Source: Bacteroidota bacterium
GTDB taxonomy: Bacteria > Bacteroidota > Bacteroidia > Bacteroidales > UBA12077
Direction: 5' to 3'
DNA: 61,944 nucleotides
Assembly (NCBI GenBank): GCA_034189025.1
Contig: JAXHVS010000078.1
Location: 1-61,944, forward strand
Under the pieces are notes generated by a model, which searched no databases, had not been told where the DNA came from, and worked only from the letters and a program-made list of their open reading frames with translations. Below, one piece after another: positions 58,768-61,944 of the stretch. Within the stretch, counting starts at the first letter, position 1. Every line of letters starts with the position of its first letter. The position numbers were made by a program, and so were the translations under genes.

Positions 58768-60075
58768 TTAGTTAAATTTTCGTTTGAAAAACCAGAAATC
58801 ATATAGTGTTAAATTAATGCCAAATGAAAAATAATTTTCTTCGATTAATCCATTATCTGTTGTTCCATTTTTACCATAAGCACAAGATATATTTAAACTT
58901 GTTTTCTGATTTGCTATCGGTAAACCTAGCCCAAAAGTTATGCCATAATTTTTTATTTGTTCTCCTTTTAGCTTTAAATAGCTGTTATTGTGGTAAAAAC
59001 CTGCTCTGTAATTAATTCTGTTAAAATAATTTCTAAGCGATCTTTTGTTGGGTATATATTCAATTCCAAATCGTATCGTTTGATCTGTTGCAAAATTGTC
59101 GTTTACATTTAACGATTCTATGGTTGACCAGTCTTGATAATTATAATCAACCCCAAATGTTAATTTGTTTTTGATGCCTGCTGTAAATCCAATACTGTAT
59201 CTTTCCGGAATATCAACTTTATAATTTGTAATACGTGAGTTGGTTATGGTATCATAATCACTCCGGTAATTTGCTAAATAATCAATTACGTTGACTTCGT
59301 AAAAGTTATAATTTTCGGTCATTAATATGGACTGATCATTGGTAGCATTAAAATTCACTTTGTTTGAATAAGAAAGCCCTGCAACATAAAAGTATTTTTC
59401 GCCAATTTCTCCATAGTATTGAAGGCCAAGGTCAAAAGTTACTTTATTCATTTTTATTTTATTAACGATAACCGTTGAATAACTTTCCGGTACATCTAAA
59501 TAAGCCTGATTGTATTGTTCGGTTGAACCAAATAAATAATTTAGGTTAATCCCAATGGAAAGGCCTTTGTATATATTGAATGAGTTTGAAAAAAATAGTT
59601 GAGTAATCCCACCATTACCATAATAGTTATATTTTTTATTAAGGGTATCATTAAACTCATAGCCCTCAGTTTGATTAATGTTGTAACCAATTTTAGAGTA
59701 AGGTGTAACTCCTGCACTTGCCACCCACCATTTTTTTATTGGGAAAGATATGGCCAGATGATCGAAAGCAAAATTATTAAATGTTAAACTATTATCATTT
59801 GATTTAAGTTCTTTGGTAATTCCATTAATCCCAACATCAAAAATAAAGGACATACTATCTTGTGCACTTATAGAAGCAGGATTTAAAAAATTAATTTGAT
59901 TGTTCATGCGTAATCCTGCCGATATTCCTCCCATCGCTTTATTTTGGTTAAAACCGCTTCGGTCAATCTCTCCTATGCCAAATCGGGTATAGGGCGAGTT
60001 GGTAGGGCTTTGTCCAGCAATTTGTAATAGAGTAAGAATTATTAAACCTATGGTTAAAAATGTTTTTTTGATCAT
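58768..60075 (-). CDS. Outer-membrane beta-barrel protein (FadL/TodX-like)
   Basis: NSPYTRFGIG, AMGG and NPAS N-terminal motifs; beta-rich; ends WFFKRKFN. Confidence 0.75.
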   Translation of the reverse strand: MIKKTFLTIGLIILTLLQIAGQSPTNSPYTRFGIGEIDRSGFNQNKAMGGISAGLRMNNQINFLNPASISAQDSMSFIFDVGINGITKELKSNDNSLTFNNFAFDHLAISFPIKKWWVASAGVTPYSKIGYNINQTEGYEFNDTLNKKYNYYGNGGITQLFFSNSFNIYKGLSIGINLNYLFGSTEQYNQAYLDVPESYSTVIVNKIKMNKVTFDLGLQYYGEIGEKYFYVAGLSYSNKVNFNATNDQSILMTENYNFYEVNVIDYLANYRSDYDTITNSRITNYKVDIPERYSIGFTAGIKNKLTFGVDYNYQDWSTIESLNVNDNFATDQTIRFGIEYIPNKRSLRNYFNRINYRAGFYHNNSYLKLKGEQIKNYGITFGLGLPIANQKTSLNISCAYGKNGTTDNGLIEENYFSFGINLTLYDFWFFKRKFN

Positions 60076-60809
60076 GCTTTTATGTTGTATTCTAAGATTT
60101 TGTTTAATCCAATAAAATTTAAATTTAAGTTTACAAAGATGGTATTTTTTAGCTTTTTATCAAAAAAAATAGCATCTCCACCTGTTAAAATTATTTTTAA
60201 ATGGTTAAATTTTGTTTTAAAGGTGCTTATATAGCTATCAATTTCAAATATCAAACTGTTTTGTACTCCTGAAATTATGGCATCTTTTGTGTTATCTGCA
60301 ATTAATTGATATTTATTATTTTTTTCTTGCAAGGGTAGCCGGTTTGTATAATCGTGCAATGCTTTAAATCGCATTTCTAAACCTGGCGAAATTGTTCCTC
60401 CTAAATATTGATTTTGTTGATTGATAAAATCAAACGTTAAAGCTGTACCTGCATCAATAACCAAAACGTTGTTATTTGGAAATATATTGTTTGCTCCAAT
60501 AACAGAGGCTAAACGATCTTTACCTAAAGTTTCTTTTGTTTGATATAAGTTTTCAATTGGTATTTTTGTTTTCTCAGTTAGTTCAATATAATATTTAAAT
60601 TCAGACTGTAGAAAAGTTAAAAAAGAGGCTTCTACCTCTCTTACGGTAGAAAGAATAACATGTTTAATTTCTGGGTATTTTTGAGAAATGTCCAGAATAA
60701 TATTTGTGTTTAATGTGTTAAAATTGAAAATTTCTAAAATCTCCCCTCTTCGAAAAACAGCAAATTTGTTCCTGCTATTTCCTATATCAATGGTAAGGTT
60801 CATGAACAT
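60072..60809 (-). CDS. coaX: Type III pantothenate kinase
   Basis: IDIGNS, LGKDR, VIDAGTALT, GGTISPG and LTGGDA. Confidence 0.95.
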   Translation of the reverse strand: MFMNLTIDIGNSRNKFAVFRRGEILEIFNFNTLNTNIILDISQKYPEIKHVILSTVREVEASFLTFLQSEFKYYIELTEKTKIPIENLYQTKETLGKDRLASVIGANNIFPNNNVLVIDAGTALTFDFINQQNQYLGGTISPGLEMRFKALHDYTNRLPLQEKNNKYQLIADNTKDAIISGVQNSLIFEIDSYISTFKTKFNHLKIILTGGDAIFFDKKLKNTIFVNLNLNFIGLNKILEYNIKA

Positions 60810-60871
60810 AATTTATTAAAAACCAGGCGTAAATATATAATAAATTATCAATTTTAATGGATTCTTTTTCA

Positions 60872-61944
60872 TTAATTTTGATGATTGTTCATTTGCTGAA
60901 AAATATCAATAGCTTTTTGTATGCTATCAATTTTTTGAATACTTAAAGTAAGTTTATTATTTACCTCTTTCATTTTTAAGGATTGAGGATTTTTTTGTAG
61001 AAAACTTAATATTTTAGCAAAAACACCAGATTTATAAAAAAGTGAATCTTGATCGCTAATAAAATAGGCTACCAGTTTGTTATTTTTTAGGATAATTTTT
61101 TCAATACCTAAATTTATCGCTAACCATCTAAGTCTTACAATATTCATTAATTCAGCGGTTTGTGGTGGAATTTTTCCAAAGCGGTCTTCTAATTCTGCTT
61201 CGAAAGATAACAATTGTTCTTCTGTTTCTGTATTATCTAACTCGCGGTAAAGCCTTATTCGCTCTGAGATATTGCTAATATAAGTATCGGGAAAAAGGAT
61301 TTCCAGATCGGTATCTATTTGGCAATCGCTGATAAATTTTTGTTTTTGTATTTGTTTCTCTGTTTCTTTTTGGTGTTCCGTTTCATAAAGTTCCCTAAAC
61401 GACGTTTCTTTTAACTCCAAAATGGCTTCGTTTAAAATTCTGTGGTACGTTTCAAATCCAATGTCGGTAATAAATCCACTTTGTTCGGCTCCTAATAAAT
61501 TTCCAGCTCCTCTAATATCTAAATCCTGCATGGCAATATTAAATCCACTCCCTAATTCAGAAAATTCTTCAATCGCTTTTAATCTGCGCCGGGCATCCTG
61601 GGTAACAGAAATAAGAGGTGGAGCTAACAGATAACAGAAAGCTTTTTTGTTCGACCTCCCAACGCGTCCGCGTAGTTGGTGTAAGTCACTTAATCCAAAA
61701 TTTTGTGCATTATTAATAATCATTGTATTGGCATTGGGAATATCAAGCCCTGATTCAACAATTGTAGTAGCAATTAAAACATCATATTCATATTGAATAA
61801 AATCGAGCATTACTTTTTCAAGTTGTTTACCCTCCATTTGTCCATGTGCAACAACGGTTCTAACATCAGGGCATAATTTGTTAATCAATTTTTCCACTTC
61901 TTCTATATTTTGTACCCGGTTATGAATAAAAAATACTTGCCCGT
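60872..61944 (-). CDS. mfd: Transcription-repair coupling factor, C-terminal part (5' end beyond the window)
   Basis: HGQM, ATTIVESGLDIPNANT, LHQLRGRVGRS, DLDIRGAGNLLGAEQSG and TRCF domain ER..LY..L..DRFG. Confidence 0.96.
   Translation of the reverse strand, partial: GQVFFIHNRVQNIEEVEKLINKLCPDVRTVVAHGQMEGKQLEKVMLDFIQYEYDVLIATTIVESGLDIPNANTMIINNAQNFGLSDLHQLRGRVGRSNKKAFCYLLAPPLISVTQDARRRLKAIEEFSELGSGFNIAMQDLDIRGAGNLLGAEQSGFITDIGFETYHRILNEAILELKETSFRELYETEHQKETEKQIQKQKFISDCQIDTDLEILFPDTYISNISERIRLYRELDNTETEEQLLSFEAELEDRFGKIPPQTAELMNIVRLRWLAINLGIEKIILKNNKLVAYFISDQDSLFYKSGVFAKILSFLQKNPQSLKMKEVNNKLTLSIQKIDSIQKAIDIFQQMNNHQN

Noticed and set aside
327-61634. Numerous 60-150 aa ORFs antisense to or nested in long genes
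   Set aside because: Shadow ORFs of well-supported genes with no motifs of their own

Overview
AT-rich chromosomal segment from a Bacteroidota, probably a Bacteroidales/Marinilabiliales-like organism. This is inferred from TAnnTTTG promoter boxes, a Bacteroidota-type long PurF, an FtsZ ending NNSYLHDNVD, and a dcw cluster without murF. Most of the window is housekeeping: tRNA-His, TrmH-family methyltransferase, pepT, purF, split transketolase, glpK, yebC, miaB, aspS, tadA, the mraZ-ftsZ cluster, and the mfd-coaX-OMP-TPR-lptC-CNNM-ppiD block. There are two accessory regions. (1) About 7.3-13.45 kb, between pepT and purF, is a nest of insertion sequences: a broken IS701, an intact IS1634, a truncated IS1595, an IS21-like end and a broken IS1634. 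It surrounds an intact PagL-like acyloxyacyl hydrolase and a YceI remnant missing from the ORF track. (2) About 26.3-36.7 kb holds a YfiR-like protein paired with a chemoreceptor, then a two-ArsR arsenic/thiol-redox island (acr3, arsC, thioredoxin, ArsF/ArsG-like proteins, three DUF318 permease genes). Inside the island are a methyltransferase pseudogene with a structured 5' leader and a cluster of short repeats. The best candidates for undescribed biology are the YfiR-chemoreceptor module, the riboswitch-like leader at about 30300-30405, the expanded ars/redox operon, and the possibly chimeric IS701/IS1634 element. All family calls come from motif recognition by eye; no searches were run.
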